Source of the DNA: Cyanophora paradoxa CCMP329
Lineage: Eukaryota > Plantae > Glaucophyta
Direction of reading: 5' to 3'
Assembly (NCBI GenBank): GCA_004431415.1
Contig: QPMI01000080.1
Location: 4,094-68,093, forward strand
DNA: 64,000 bases
The translations under genes and the position numbers were made by a program. Every line of letters starts with the position of its first letter. Within the stretch, counting starts at the first letter, position 1. The notes beneath the pieces are model-generated. The model saw only the letters and a list, made by a program, of their open reading frames with translations, did not search any database and was not told the DNA's origin. Positions 34,301 through 45,632 of the stretch are shown in pieces.

Positions 34301-35706
34301 GGGCGGAGGGGGCGGAGGCGGAGCTGGCGAGCGCCAAGGTCCGCACCGCCTCTCTGGAGGAAGAGTTGCACAAGTGCGGCCCCTGTGGAACTAAAGAATA
34401 ACTAACGGACTAACGGACCAGCTAGCTAACGAACTAACTAGTACTTGTTCCGTATGCCTCTCACTAGAGACGAACTAATCGTCCTGGGATGCTAGAGATG
34501 ACGAACAAGAAAAATATCCGGTCGTTTCTTATACTAGCCCGGTAGCTTGCTCTACTTTCTAAGCTGGGGGAACCTTCCAACCGCCCCGCCCCGCCCCGTT
34601 CAAGGCCCGGTTCCAACCTTAGAAAGGCCCTTTGCTCGCCCGCACGCCAGCGCCCCTAACGCCGGGCAGGGCGGCCGGCGGGGCCGGCGGCGGCTCGACG
34701 GCAAGCACCGCGGAGGTCCAGCGGCTACAGCTCCAAGTCGCCGAGCTCCAGGTACCTCCCCTCCCCGCTCCCCCCCCCCGGTTCGCTTATCCCCCCCCAG
34801 GGCAAGCTGAAGGTCGAGGCTCACCTGAGGGAGGAGGAACGATCGCGGCTCCAGGAGAACGCCCTCCGGTGCGCGCGTACCCCCGCTCTCCGTCCTGTAC
34901 CCCCCCTGGCCGGCTGACGTCACGCAGGCTCGCGACCGAGCTGGAGGAGGTAAGGCAGGGCAGGGGCGCCGTACCCGCCCCCGCCCCGGAGAAGGTGGGC
35001 CGGGCCCCGCCTCTTGCGGAACGAGCTTCCCCGTTTAACTTCTAAACTGGAATCCCGCAGCACGCGTCGGCCGCCCACCACGCCCCCGACCCGCACTCTC
35101 AGCCCAGCTCCGCCCGCCAGTGCGTACCCCCCTCCCCAGGCGCTAGGCCGGTACCCCTCCGATCCGCGGGACGCCCGACCGCTTCTTTCTTTTTCTGTCT
35201 TTTTTTAGGATCGGCCAGCTCCCAGCGTCCATTATGGGCCTCGGGCGCGTGGCTTCTTCCACTGCGGCAACGTACCCCCTCTTCATCTTCCCCCCCCTTT
35301 CCCCCTCCCGCCCTGATTTCTGCCTAGCCCTGCCAAGGACGGCCCGCCCCAGCTTCCGGCCAGCGTCATGGGGATCGGCCGCTCCCAGCCTGCCCCTCCC
35401 CCCGCCGAGCCCACCCCTGCCGCTGCGGCCCGGGCGTCCGTCCCCAGTGCCGTACCCCCGGCCCTTCCTGAAACTGACTACCCCCCTTCCCCACCCCTCC
35501 CGGACAGGAGCATGGAGGCTTCGAGCCGCGCGTCGGGGGAGATCGCGAGGTACCCCCCTCCTCCCTCGTCCTCCCCCCCTTCCCCCCTTCCCCCCTCCAT
35601 TGCTGATCGGGCACAGGCCGGGGCAGGCGGCGCCGCCTTCGGCGGACGCTCCCAAGTGGAAGCGGTTCCTAAAGTTCTGAAGCGTCGACGTCTGACTGTA
35701 GGCTAG
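28306..35706 (+). CDS. Large Ala/Glu/Arg-rich coiled-coil protein with low-complexity tail and C-terminal basic NLS-like motif
   Basis: MTEALLDSLAGALRLRSAQARRAEEEAARLRAELDALK... followed by many short heptad-rich exons (LAAHAEENRRLRDELERL, AELASAKVRTASLEEELH, LATELEEVRQ). Ends AVPKVLKRRRLTVG*. Exon chain approximate. Confidence 0.6.
29683..29853 (+). repeat. (GATCC/GATCT)n intronic pentamer repeat
   Basis: Repeated CCGAT/CTGAT units inside a long intron. Confidence 0.75.
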
Positions 35707-36733
35707 CGCTTGTCGGATGCAGCTTCTAGATTGTCTAGGTCCTAGGCGCGACACCGCACATTGATGTTGGTTCATACGTATAGCTAAATCTAGAAATACG
35801 ACATGGAGCCTCGGAGGGTTTAAATTTGGGGCTCGGCGACCGATGCATATGCGACTTATCACGCAAGCGCGAGCGCTGCGAGGGCTAGCGGCCGCGGCGG
35901 GGTAGCCGCGGGCTCGAGGCGCACGCGTCGACGTCGCTGCGGCATGCGCACTGTACATGTGGGAGTGCGCTGACTCTCGCCACTGAGTCGGGCCTGCATG
36001 CAGCTGCCGCGCGCGCAGTACGTGCTGCACGCGTACGTGCACGTGCTGCAGCGCTAGCTGCCTGTGCATGCGCAGCGCGCGCCGGCTGCAGCTGCGGCCC
36101 CAGCGCTACCGTCGCCGTCGGACCCTAGGCCGCGCGCGGACCGTCAGACGCGTGCCCGGCGCTGCGCATGCCCGCGCGCGAGCTAGTAGGGCCGCGGGCC
36201 TCTGTTGGCGCCGGCTAGAGTAGCGCGCGCATGCGCAGGCCTAGGCTGCCAGGCTGTGCTGTAGGCTGTGCTGTTACACTAGTACTGCTGTAGCGCGCGC
36301 GCGCGCGCGCGATCGCGAGGGCCGTCACGGCGTTGACGACCGAGTCGCGACTCGCGAGTCGCGACTCGGACTCCGGGACCGCCGCCAAGCTCGAGTCACT
36401 GGGACTCACTGAGTCAGCTGCAGGCTGCAGCCTGCAGAGGCTCTGTGTAAACTTGAACGTGCATGTACCCCGGCCCGGCACTCGCTGCGAGTGACTCGCG
36501 CGCACTGCGTTGCATCTACCTGGCCGTTGGCCGCAGCCGTGCGCTCTGCGGCGTGCTGGCGTTGCCTGGCACAGCCTTGCAGCCGTGCAACCGCCGCGTG
36601 ACGCCAAGTGCGGCATAAGCGCGAGGGAAAGTGTTCGAGGACCAGGCGTGCATCTTCTTCTGCTGCAGTATCTGTGGCGGTTCTGGAGCAATAGCAGGAA
36701 GAAGCCGCTGTCATAAACCCGCTAGTCGAAAGG

Positions 36734-39700
36734 ATGGCGGGGGCTGGAGGGACGGTGATCAACAGCGCGGGGGAGACGATTCCCCTCTGCGACGATGCTC
36801 TCCGCTCGGAAGAAGTCCTTCACAAGGTTCGCCGCGTCGCCCTCAGCGGATAAGTTTCATCGTGACGCACCTGTCTGAGCTTGCGCACACCGTCCTTGCT
36901 TTGCGGTTGCGCGTACTGATCAAGATCCTTGTCGTTTCAGATTCACTGGGAGCAGTGTGCGCTGATTGCCTTCGATCTGCTCGCTTCGACCCGCGGCCGC
37001 GCGTGCCCCGCTATCCTCCGAGGGTTGCTGACTTCGCCCCTCGCGCAGTGCACCTCATACAAACGATTCAACCTTTCGGCGTGCTCTTCGTTCTAGAGCT
37101 AGGAGCTGACGGGGGCAACCCGGGCAAGGCTGGCCAGCAGCGCCCCGTCGTCGTCCGTCAAGTCAGCGCGAACGTTTCGGACCTTCTCGGCGCAAGTGTC
37201 ACGCCCGCGGATGTCATCGGGAAGGATGTATCGGAGCTGTATTCGCGCTTCCTTCCGGCAACGAGCGCGGCCGTGCGGCAGCGAATCGAGGGCCAGAGCA
37301 GCGGGCCGTTCCTGTTCAACCTCGCCGACTCGAACCCGAACGACCCGGGCGGATGGATCGGCAACGTGCATCCGCCCGTCGATGGGTTGCCTGACATCTA
37401 CATGCTCGAGGTCCTGCGATCCGAGAACGGCGCCGTCGACTCGCTGGACATTCTTGCGGACAGCCAGCACGCCGTGCAGTGTCTGCAGGACGCGGACAGC
37501 GCAGACTCGCTCTGCCAGGTCCGCGGCGCCGGCTACCGCCGCCGCGCCAACGCGGGAGAACGAACGCTCGCCCGCGCGTAGGTCCTTGTGAAGGAGATCG
37601 CCGGCATCACGGGCTTCGACCGCGTCATGTGCGCTGCCGCGCGCTGCGATCGCCCCCGTCGCCCCCTCCTCCTCTCGGGCGCTCACGCTCCGCTCCGCGC
37701 AGGGTGTACAAGTTCGATGCCGAGGTGCGCCCGCGCCCTCTGCCGTCGTTCCTTCGTTCGCTTTCTCCGAGCGCGCTGACCGCGTCGACCCCGCCCGCCT
37801 GCCGTCTCCGCCATCGACGCCACAGGGCCACGTGCGTCTGTCCTCCCGCGCCGCCGCCCGGGCTGGCCAGCCACGGCCGCCGTGGCGTTCGTCGCTGATC
37901 CTTCTGTCCGCCCGCAGGGCCAAGTCATCGCGGAGTCTCTCAAGGGCGACCAGTACGAGCCGTACATGAACCTCAAATAGTGCGCTTCGCTTCACGTCGC
38001 CCCTAAATTCAGATCGTCCGCGTGGCCGTGGCCGACCCCCCCCGCCCTCCAGCCCCGCGACCGACGTGCCCTTCGTCGCTCGGGCGCTCTACTGCAAGAC
38101 TAAGTTCCGCCTTATCCCCGACGTCGGTGAGCGCAAATTCGAGGCGGCGGCGGTGGCGCCCGGCCCTCGCCCGCCCGCCCCCAATCTGACTCTGTCCTCC
38201 GCAGAGTACCAGCCCGTGCCGCTCGTCTCGGCCCCTGCGCAACATGGGGGTGCGGGCCTCCTTGTCCTTCGCGATCGTTCAGGACGACAAGTGCTGGTGC
38301 GAGCAAGCGAGCCGCGCCGCTCTGTTGTCGCCCGCTGCCGCCGAGCCCGAGCCACGCGCAGGGGCCTCTGCTGCTGCCACCACTACGAGCCCAGGGCCCT
38401 CCCCTGCGCAACATGGGGGTGCGGGCCTCCTTGTCCTTCGCGATCGTTCAGGACGACAAGTGCTGGTGCGAGCAAGCGAGCCGCGCCGCTCTGTTGTCGC
38501 CCGCTGCCGCCGAGCCCGAGCCACGCGCAGGGGCCTCTGCTGCTGCCACCACTACGAGCCCAGGGCCCTCCCCTACCACGTCATGGTGCGCGGGACTGCA
38601 CCCTGCCTTCCTTGCCCCGCGCGCGCCCCGGCCGGCTGATCGTCGAGCCTTCCTTCCTTCCTCCCCCCTCCTCGCAGGCGGCCTGCGTCACCCTCGTCTC
38701 GATGTTCCAGGCCTCGATGCAGGCCAAGACGCACAAGCTGCGGCAGGAGTACGAGATGAAGGCGCGCTCGATCCAGGCGCAGATCCTGAACCAGTCCTGC
38801 GTCAACCTGGACTACGTGGACGCCCTCATCAACTGCCCGCCGAGCGTCCTGGACCTCGTCGAGTCCTCGGGCGCCTCGATCGTGGCCGGAGGCGACGTCT
38901 ACTCGCTGGGCGTCGCGCCCAGCAAGGACCAGGTGCTGGCCTTCACGCACTGGCTCCGCGACGAGACGGCGTCGGCCCCCGCCGACGAGATCTGGATGTC
39001 CACGTGCCTCGTCCGGGACTACCCCGCCGCCTCGGCCTTTAAGCACGTCGCGTCGGGCGTCCTCGCCGTCGCCATCTCGCGCGAGCAGTCCGAGTTCGTC
39101 CTGTGGTGGCGCAGCGAGGTCTCCAAGGCCGTCCACTGGGCCGGCACGCCCGACAAGTCCTTCGTCGTCTCCAGCAAGGACGTTCTCCACCCCCGCAACT
39201 CGTTTGAGCGCTGGACGGCCCTCGTGACGGACCGCTGCGAGGTTCGGCGGAGATTTGATTTGATCCGGATTCGATCCGGAGGAGAGGATTCGATCCGACT
39301 CCCGTTCCAACTTCGTTCGCAGGTGTGGAGTGACGCGGACATTGCCGCGGCGCGCATCTTCCGCATCACAGTCGGAGACCTGAACGTCCGCATCTCGGCC
39401 GAGGTGCTTCCTACCCTCCCCCGCCCCCCTCCCTCGAAAGCAAAGCAAGACCCGGCACTGACTGACCGCGCACCCGCCCGCCCGCAGCTCAAAGTGCGCG
39501 GCGAGATCCTCGGAAAGCTGAACGCGGAGCTAGAGGAGTCCAACTCGAAGCTGGCGCGCCCCGTTCTCTTTATTTCTTTCCGGCCCCGCGCCTGCGTTAC
39601 GGAGCTGACGAGCTTGGCCGCGCAGCGCTACGTCGCCTCGGAGCTGACGACCCTCATCCAAACGGTGCCCGTGCCAGTCATCGGCATGAACAAGACCATG

Positions 39701-42700
39701 AGGATCGACGAGTGGAACCCGGGTGCGCCCGCACGCCTGCCCGCCTCCGCCGAGCCAGCCAGCCAGCCAGCCAGCCCTGCCCACGCCCCCTCCCTCCCTG
39801 ACGCAACGCGACGCGGCCCCGGCAGCCTGCGAGAAGTACTTCGGCTTCAACAAGCAGGAGATCCTCGGCTCCGACTTCGTCGAGAAGGCGGTGCGCGGGC
39901 GGACCGCCCTTCTGCCAGTTGTTATTAGGATAACTTGGAAGGAACATGAAGAAGAAGAACTCACCGACGCCTCGAGCAGGTCATCTACGAGCAGCGGGAG
40001 GCCTTCACGAAGGCGCTGGCCCTCGCCCTGGCCGGCAAGCAGGTCAAGGACGTAGAGTTCACGGTGAATTCTGGCCCATCCTATCCTAGCCTAGCCTAGC
40101 CTAGCCTAGTCTCACCGGGCCGGACAGGTCTTCGCGAACGGCAAGCGGACCGAGTTCTCGCTGCACGCGGCCCCCCGCATCGACTCCAACGGCCAGGTGG
40201 AAGGCGTCGTCGGTACTTTAAGCTTTCTCCGCTCTCCTTCGTACTTTAAGAAGGCGGCCGCTGACCGGGAGGCGCGCCCGCGCGCCCGCGCGCCGCTGGG
40301 CAGCCGTCTGCCAGGACATCACGGAGCGCAAGGAGGTCGCCAAGGCCGAAGTCCGCGCCGCCCAGGGTCCGCCCCCGCCCGCCCGCCATCCCGGCCGCCT
40401 CCCGCTCACGCCGGCCGCGCAGCCCGCAGCGCGAACGACGCCAAGAGCATGTTCCTCGCCACCGTCTCGCACGAGATGCGGACCGTGCGCCGCCGCGCCG
40501 CGCCCGGCCTCCCTTCCCGCGCGGCGCGGCGCTGACGCACGCGACCCGCGCGCAGCCGCTCAACGGGATCCTGGGGATGCTGCAGCTGGCGATGGACAGC
40601 GAGTCGCTGCCCAAGGTGGCGGAGGACTACGTGAAGCGGGCGTTCCAGTCGGGGGAGCACCTGCTCTCGCTCATCTCGGACATCCTCGACATCTCCCAGA
40701 TCGAGTCGGGCAAGATGCAGCTGCGGCACATGGCCTTCGACATCCGCTCGCTGCTGCGCTCGGCGATCAACCTGATCAGCCCCAAGGCCGAGGCCAAGGG
40801 CCTCAAGGTCTCCTCCTGCCTCTCCGACGACTTCCCGATTCGCGTCATCGGCGACTCGGACCGCCTCCGCCAGGCCCGGCCGCCCGCCCGCCCCGCGAGC
40901 CGCCCTGCACCGCCCGGCGCTGACGGGGCGCCCCGCAGGTGCTCATCAACCTGTGCAGCAACGCCGTGAAGTACACGCGCAAGGGCCGCATCACCGTCAC
41001 CTGCTCCATCGAGGAGGAGGAGGAGGATCACCGCCTCGAGAAGAAGACGGCCCGCCTCCGCTTCGAGATCAAGGACACCGGTTCGCGCCCCCGCGCGCCC
41101 GCGCCCGCGCCAGCCGCGGGTCGATCTTCTGGTCCGCCGACGCGGGCGCGGGGGCGCAGGCATCGGCATCCGGGAGAGCGACCTGAAGATCCTCTTCACG
41201 CTCTTCACGCGCATCCGCGAGGAGAACTTCCAGGACCCCGGCGGCACGGGCCTCGGCCTCGGTGCCCGCGCCCCACGGCGGCGCAACGCGCCCCGCGGCC
41301 CGGCTCACCGCCCCGGCAGCCATCTGCAAGCAGCTCGTGCAGCTGATGAACGGCGAGATTGGCGTGCAGAGTAACTACGGCAAGGGATCCGTCTTCTGTG
41401 CGCCCGCCCCGGCCCGACAGCGGCGTCTGCGCTGTCGTGCGCTGCCCACGGCTGACGCGCCCGTCCGCCCGCCCGCCCGCCGCGCAGGGTTCGTCATCCC
41501 GTTCGAGATCGCGGCCGACGCCAACGCGGCGATCGACGACGGCGAGGACGAGTTCAACAAGCCCGCGGTGCGCGCCGGCAGGCCGGCCCGCCCGCCCGCC
41601 CGGCTTGCCCGTCCGGTCGACCGACTCGGCTCGCGCCGCCGCCGCCAGATCGAGGTGCACCGCTCGGCGGTCATTTTGCTCGCCGAGGACAACGAGTTCA
41701 ACGTGCGCCCGCGCACGGCCGCCGCCCCGCCCCGCCCCGCCTCGCCCCGCGCCGCGCGGCCGACGGCGCGGCCGACCGGGGCGCAGATGGAGGTCGCCCG
41801 CGTGCTGCTGCAGAACGCCGGCCACGTCGTCTTCACCGTGCGCGCCCCGCCCGCCGGCGCGCCGGCGCACTGAGCGGGAGCTGACGGGGCGGGCGGGCAG
41901 GCGCGGAACGGGCTGGAGGCGGTGGACCTGTTCGCGCGGCGGGTGCGGCTCGCCAAGTCGGGCACGTCGACGCAGGCGGCCTTCGACCTCGTCCTTATGG
42001 ACTGCGAGATGCCCGTCATGTCCGGCTACGAGGCCGTCCGCAACATCCGGTCCGCCCCGCCCGCCCCGCCCCGCCCGCCCCGCCGCGACCCCGGCCCGGC
42101 GGCCCGCCGACGCGCGCGCCCGCGCGCCGCAGGACGGTCGAGTCGAGCGAATGCGTCGCGCGCACGCCCGTCATCGCCCTCGTGCGCAGCGCCCCGCGCC
42201 TGCCGACCCGCCCGCCCGCCGCGCCCCGCCGAGGCCGCCCCGCAGACGGCGCACGCCATGAAGGAGCACAGCGAGAAGTGCTTCTCGAGCGGCATGGTGC
42301 GCCCCGCGCGCCCCGCCCCGCCCCGCCGGCGCCGACGCCGTGGCCACCCGCGCAGGACGACTACATCACGAAGCCGATCTCGAAGGAGGTCCTCCTCCAG
42401 ACCGTCGCCAAGCACATGCAGGTCGGCCGGCCGGCCGCGCCCCCGCCCCTCGCTTCTTCTTCTGTGCTCACCGCGTCCCAGGCGCGCGAGTCGCGGCGCA
42501 TCAAGCCCGGGGCCTCGCTGGCGGCGCCGGCCTGCTCCTCGTCCTCGGCCTCTCGCCCGGGCTCAGGCGTCGCCTCGCCGCCCTCCACCGCCTCGGACCC
42601 GACCACCGCGCCCTACTACTCCACCTCGCGCCGCGAGTCCATCGGCGGCGGCAGCGGCGGCGGCGGGCCCCACGGCTCCGTCGAGCGCAAGTCCTCCGTA

Positions 42701-43595
42701 TCGGATTTTGCGCTGCCCCCGGCCGCTTCCCAGGTGCCTTTGGCGCCGCAGTACGGGAGTTCGAATCCGCTCAGGTCTGCTTTTGGCGCAGGTTGAGGCA
42801 GCGAGGTCGGCATCGCCGGCCCGCTACGCGGCCGCGGGGCGCACCCCGCCTCGTTCCCCCCCCGGCCCCAGCGCCGTCGACCCCCGCCCCGCCCCCTCCG
42901 AGGCCGCCCCGGCCGCCGGCGCCAGCGCGGGCCACGCCGCCCCGCGGACGACTCCGTTGTGGACGCCGCCACTGCCGTCCGCGTCCTCGGTGCGCCTCTA
43001 CCCCTCCCCGGCGGGTACCCCCCTTCCTTCCGCTGACCGCCCGCAGGCGGCTCCGAGGAGCTCTTCCGCTCCCTGCTGGGCAAGTTCAGCCACTCGAGTG
43101 CGCCCCGCCCCGCCCCCCCCCCCCCCCCCCACCCACCCGGCCAGCGTTGTACCCCGCCGGGCCGCGCCTCACGGCGGCGGCGGCGGCGCAGGCCTCGAGA
43201 CGGTGAACAGCATCGAGCTGGCGCTCATCTCGCGCCAGTGGTCCGAGGTCCGCCGCCTCGCCCACTCCCTCAAAGGTCCGCCCCCGCTCCGCCGCCCGCC
43301 CCCCCCCCCCCCCCTCCCCCTTCCCCCTCCCCGCCCTCCGCCCTAAAACGCGCGCGTACCCCCGCAGGAAGCGCCTCGTACATCGGGGCCCAGCACCTGG
43401 CGAACGCGGGGGCCGACCTTCAGCACGCGGTCGAGATGGACTCCCTCGAGCAGGTACCCCCCTCCCTTCCACCCCCCCCCCGCCTTCGTTCTCGCGCTCA
43501 CGGGAGCGCCCCGGCAGATCCGCTCTCTTGCGAAAGTCGTCCGGCTCGAGTACGAGCGGGTCCGCCACTGGATCGCAGTCTATTTGGCGAACTAG
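36734..43595 (+). CDS. PHY: Phytochrome hybrid histidine kinase PAS-GAF-PHY-PAS-HisKA-HATPase-REC-HPt (glaucophyte GPS-like); GAF disrupted in this assembly
   Basis: IQPFG; ITGFDRVMVYKFDAEGHGQVIAE; YPATDVP; LRNMGVRASLS; WGLCCCHH; PHY tongue WAG and HPRNSF; PAS IDEWNP...QDITERK; H-box FLATVSHEMRTPLNG; N-box LINLCSNAVKYT; G2 GGTGLGL; REC LAEDN, VLMDCEMP, YITKP; HPt RRLAHSLKGSASYIGA. Stop TAG at 43593-43595. Confidence 0.9.
38233..38570 (+). repeat. 169-bp perfect tandem duplication inside the phytochrome GAF domain
   Basis: CCCTGCGCAACATGGGG...CCCAGGGCCCTCC occurs at 38233 and again at 38402 (the ORF-track ATGs at 38244 and 38413 are 169 apart). Confidence 0.93.
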
Positions 43596-44619
43596 CCCTC
43601 CATTTCTAATTTGCTTCCGCACTCGACGCGAGCTCGAGTCTAAGCGAGCGATTCTGGCACAGCGTTGCGGTCTATTTGTAGCGAGCTAGGGCCCCGATTT
43701 CTCTTTCTACCCGATTTGATATCCAGTGCCGGTATATACCGGCGAGCTTTGTCCCCAAACCTATAGATAGATACGGACCGTGCGCAACATGCATGCGCTT
43801 CTTCTTACGTAAGGTATTTGTAGCTAATAGTCGTGTTAACGCGTATTCTCCGCTTGAAACCGCTTATTCTTTCCATTGGCGCGTATCTGTCTCTTCGTAT
43901 CAGTTTTCTTTAATATGTTTCATTCCCACGTGCAAGGCCTTGGCCACCACTGGCCTGATTTTCGTACTGGAGTACTTGCGGCTATGTATTCAAACCTCGG
44001 ATTTCAAGTCACGCTCAATTTTTCCGTAGAAGAGGGAATTAGTTCTGATAGGTGGCCCGCAGCGGGCTTTTCCGCTCCCCGCTCTCTCTTCAATTTGATA
44101 CGGTTTGAGAGAATTACGCCGTTTTGCAGTTTGCAATTGAGAATTACGTCACGTGCATTACGTGTTTCATCTTCTTCGGTGTCATGTTGGAGCACCCCTC
44201 TGTCTGCGTAGCTTAGCGATAGGTTCATAGTCTTCCGTCCGATCAAGCGTCGGATGTGTGATTCAACTGATCATGAGTGATGTATTCGAATCCTCAGCAC
44301 TAGTACCGGTACCAGTGCTGGCGCCTCATCGTATGCTTAGCTTCCCTGGGCCCCTGCCCAGCGCTCCTTATTCAATAGTTGACGCCAGCCCCGCCGGGCC
44401 GGCGCCGCGGGCGAATCTAGAACGTTTAACCGCGGACGGACATGGCTCAGCGGCTGGTCCTTGAACTACCCCAGTGCGGCAGCGCCCCAGGCGGCCGTGC
44501 CTCGCCTGTGACCCAACGTACTCGGCCCCAAGTCGTGGATTCTTAATAGCTTGAGCAGCTAGTAAGCTTTGAATTAAGTCCTTAAGCCATGCATACGGTA
44601 CCCCGGTACGTATACCGGT

Positions 44620-45510
44620 GCAGATACAGCAGCTGCAGATCTAGAAGCGAAAGAACGCAGAAAATTCTAAGCCGAACTTCGGAAGCTTTTAAGATCTAGA
44701 GCTAAACCAGCGACAACAAAAGAGGCGGATCGGATCGAGACAGAGACGGAGAAAACAGCTTCGAATTCTTCGAAAGAGGATCCGGAGGAGCTCGCGATCG
44801 AGAGGAGAAAACAGCAGGCGAACCGGCAAAGAAAGATTCGTGTACGCACTAGTGCTGCGGCATGTACGGCTTCTGTACGGCATGTGCACGCGTACGCGTA
44901 CGTGGCTAGCGCTAGCAAAGGCGCTTGTCTTGTCTTGCCAAGTTGCTTTGAACTTCGGAAGACGAATTCGAAGCTGAAGAAGAGTATTCTTTTGCCGCAG
45001 TGCCCTGAACAAGTCTGGCCGGGCAATTTTCTGAGATACCATGATACTGCCAGGCTGCGATGGGGCGAAGCCCCCGTTTATACGTTGGTAACGCGCGCAA
45101 AGCATTTCATATCAGAAGACATCAAAATTGTTCAATGGGAGGGGTGCGGGGGGGCTTGCCCCGGCGCCCCCTGCTTGTCTAGATACAGGATCCCGGAGCT
45201 CCGGATCCCCGGAAGGTCGAGGTCTGGAGCTCGAGAGGGAAAAAAAGCTCGAGAGGAGAATTCGAGAACAGCAGCCGAAACCGGCATGCGCAAAGGAGGC
45301 TGAGGACAGAATTAAGTGAGAAAGATATATCACGTGCACATGTATACGTACAGAAAGCAGACAAGTTAGAGGAAATATATATAACAAATAACAAAACAAA
45401 GCTCGAGCTCGATCGCGAGATCAAGCCTTGCAATTGAAGATCCTGCAGCTGCTACGATTAATATTGCGATCAAAGCGTACGGAGCACGACAAAGGTGCGC
45501 GCGCGCGCGC
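44620..45510 (+). repeat. Purine-rich dispersed repeat family, copies A1 (44620-44835) and A2 (~45190-45510)
   Basis: Shares GAGAAAACAGCAG, GTGAGAAAGAT, AAGCAGACAA, TCAAGCCTTG...GAAGATCCTGCAGCT and AAGGTGCGCGCGCG with 48680-49090. Confidence 0.7.
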
Positions 45511-45632
45511 CTTCAGCTTGCGATTAAATATTGGAATTTGAATGCAAAGCCGCTTTAGTTTCGCGCGCGCGCTCATGATCGATTGCCATTGCAGGTTGCG
45601 GGCACGTCGACGTCGTCGACCGCGGCGCGCGC

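Noticed and set aside
37978-37980. In-frame TAG in the phytochrome suggesting stop-codon recoding
   Set aside because: It is TA|GTGCGC, a split Tyr codon at an intron donor.
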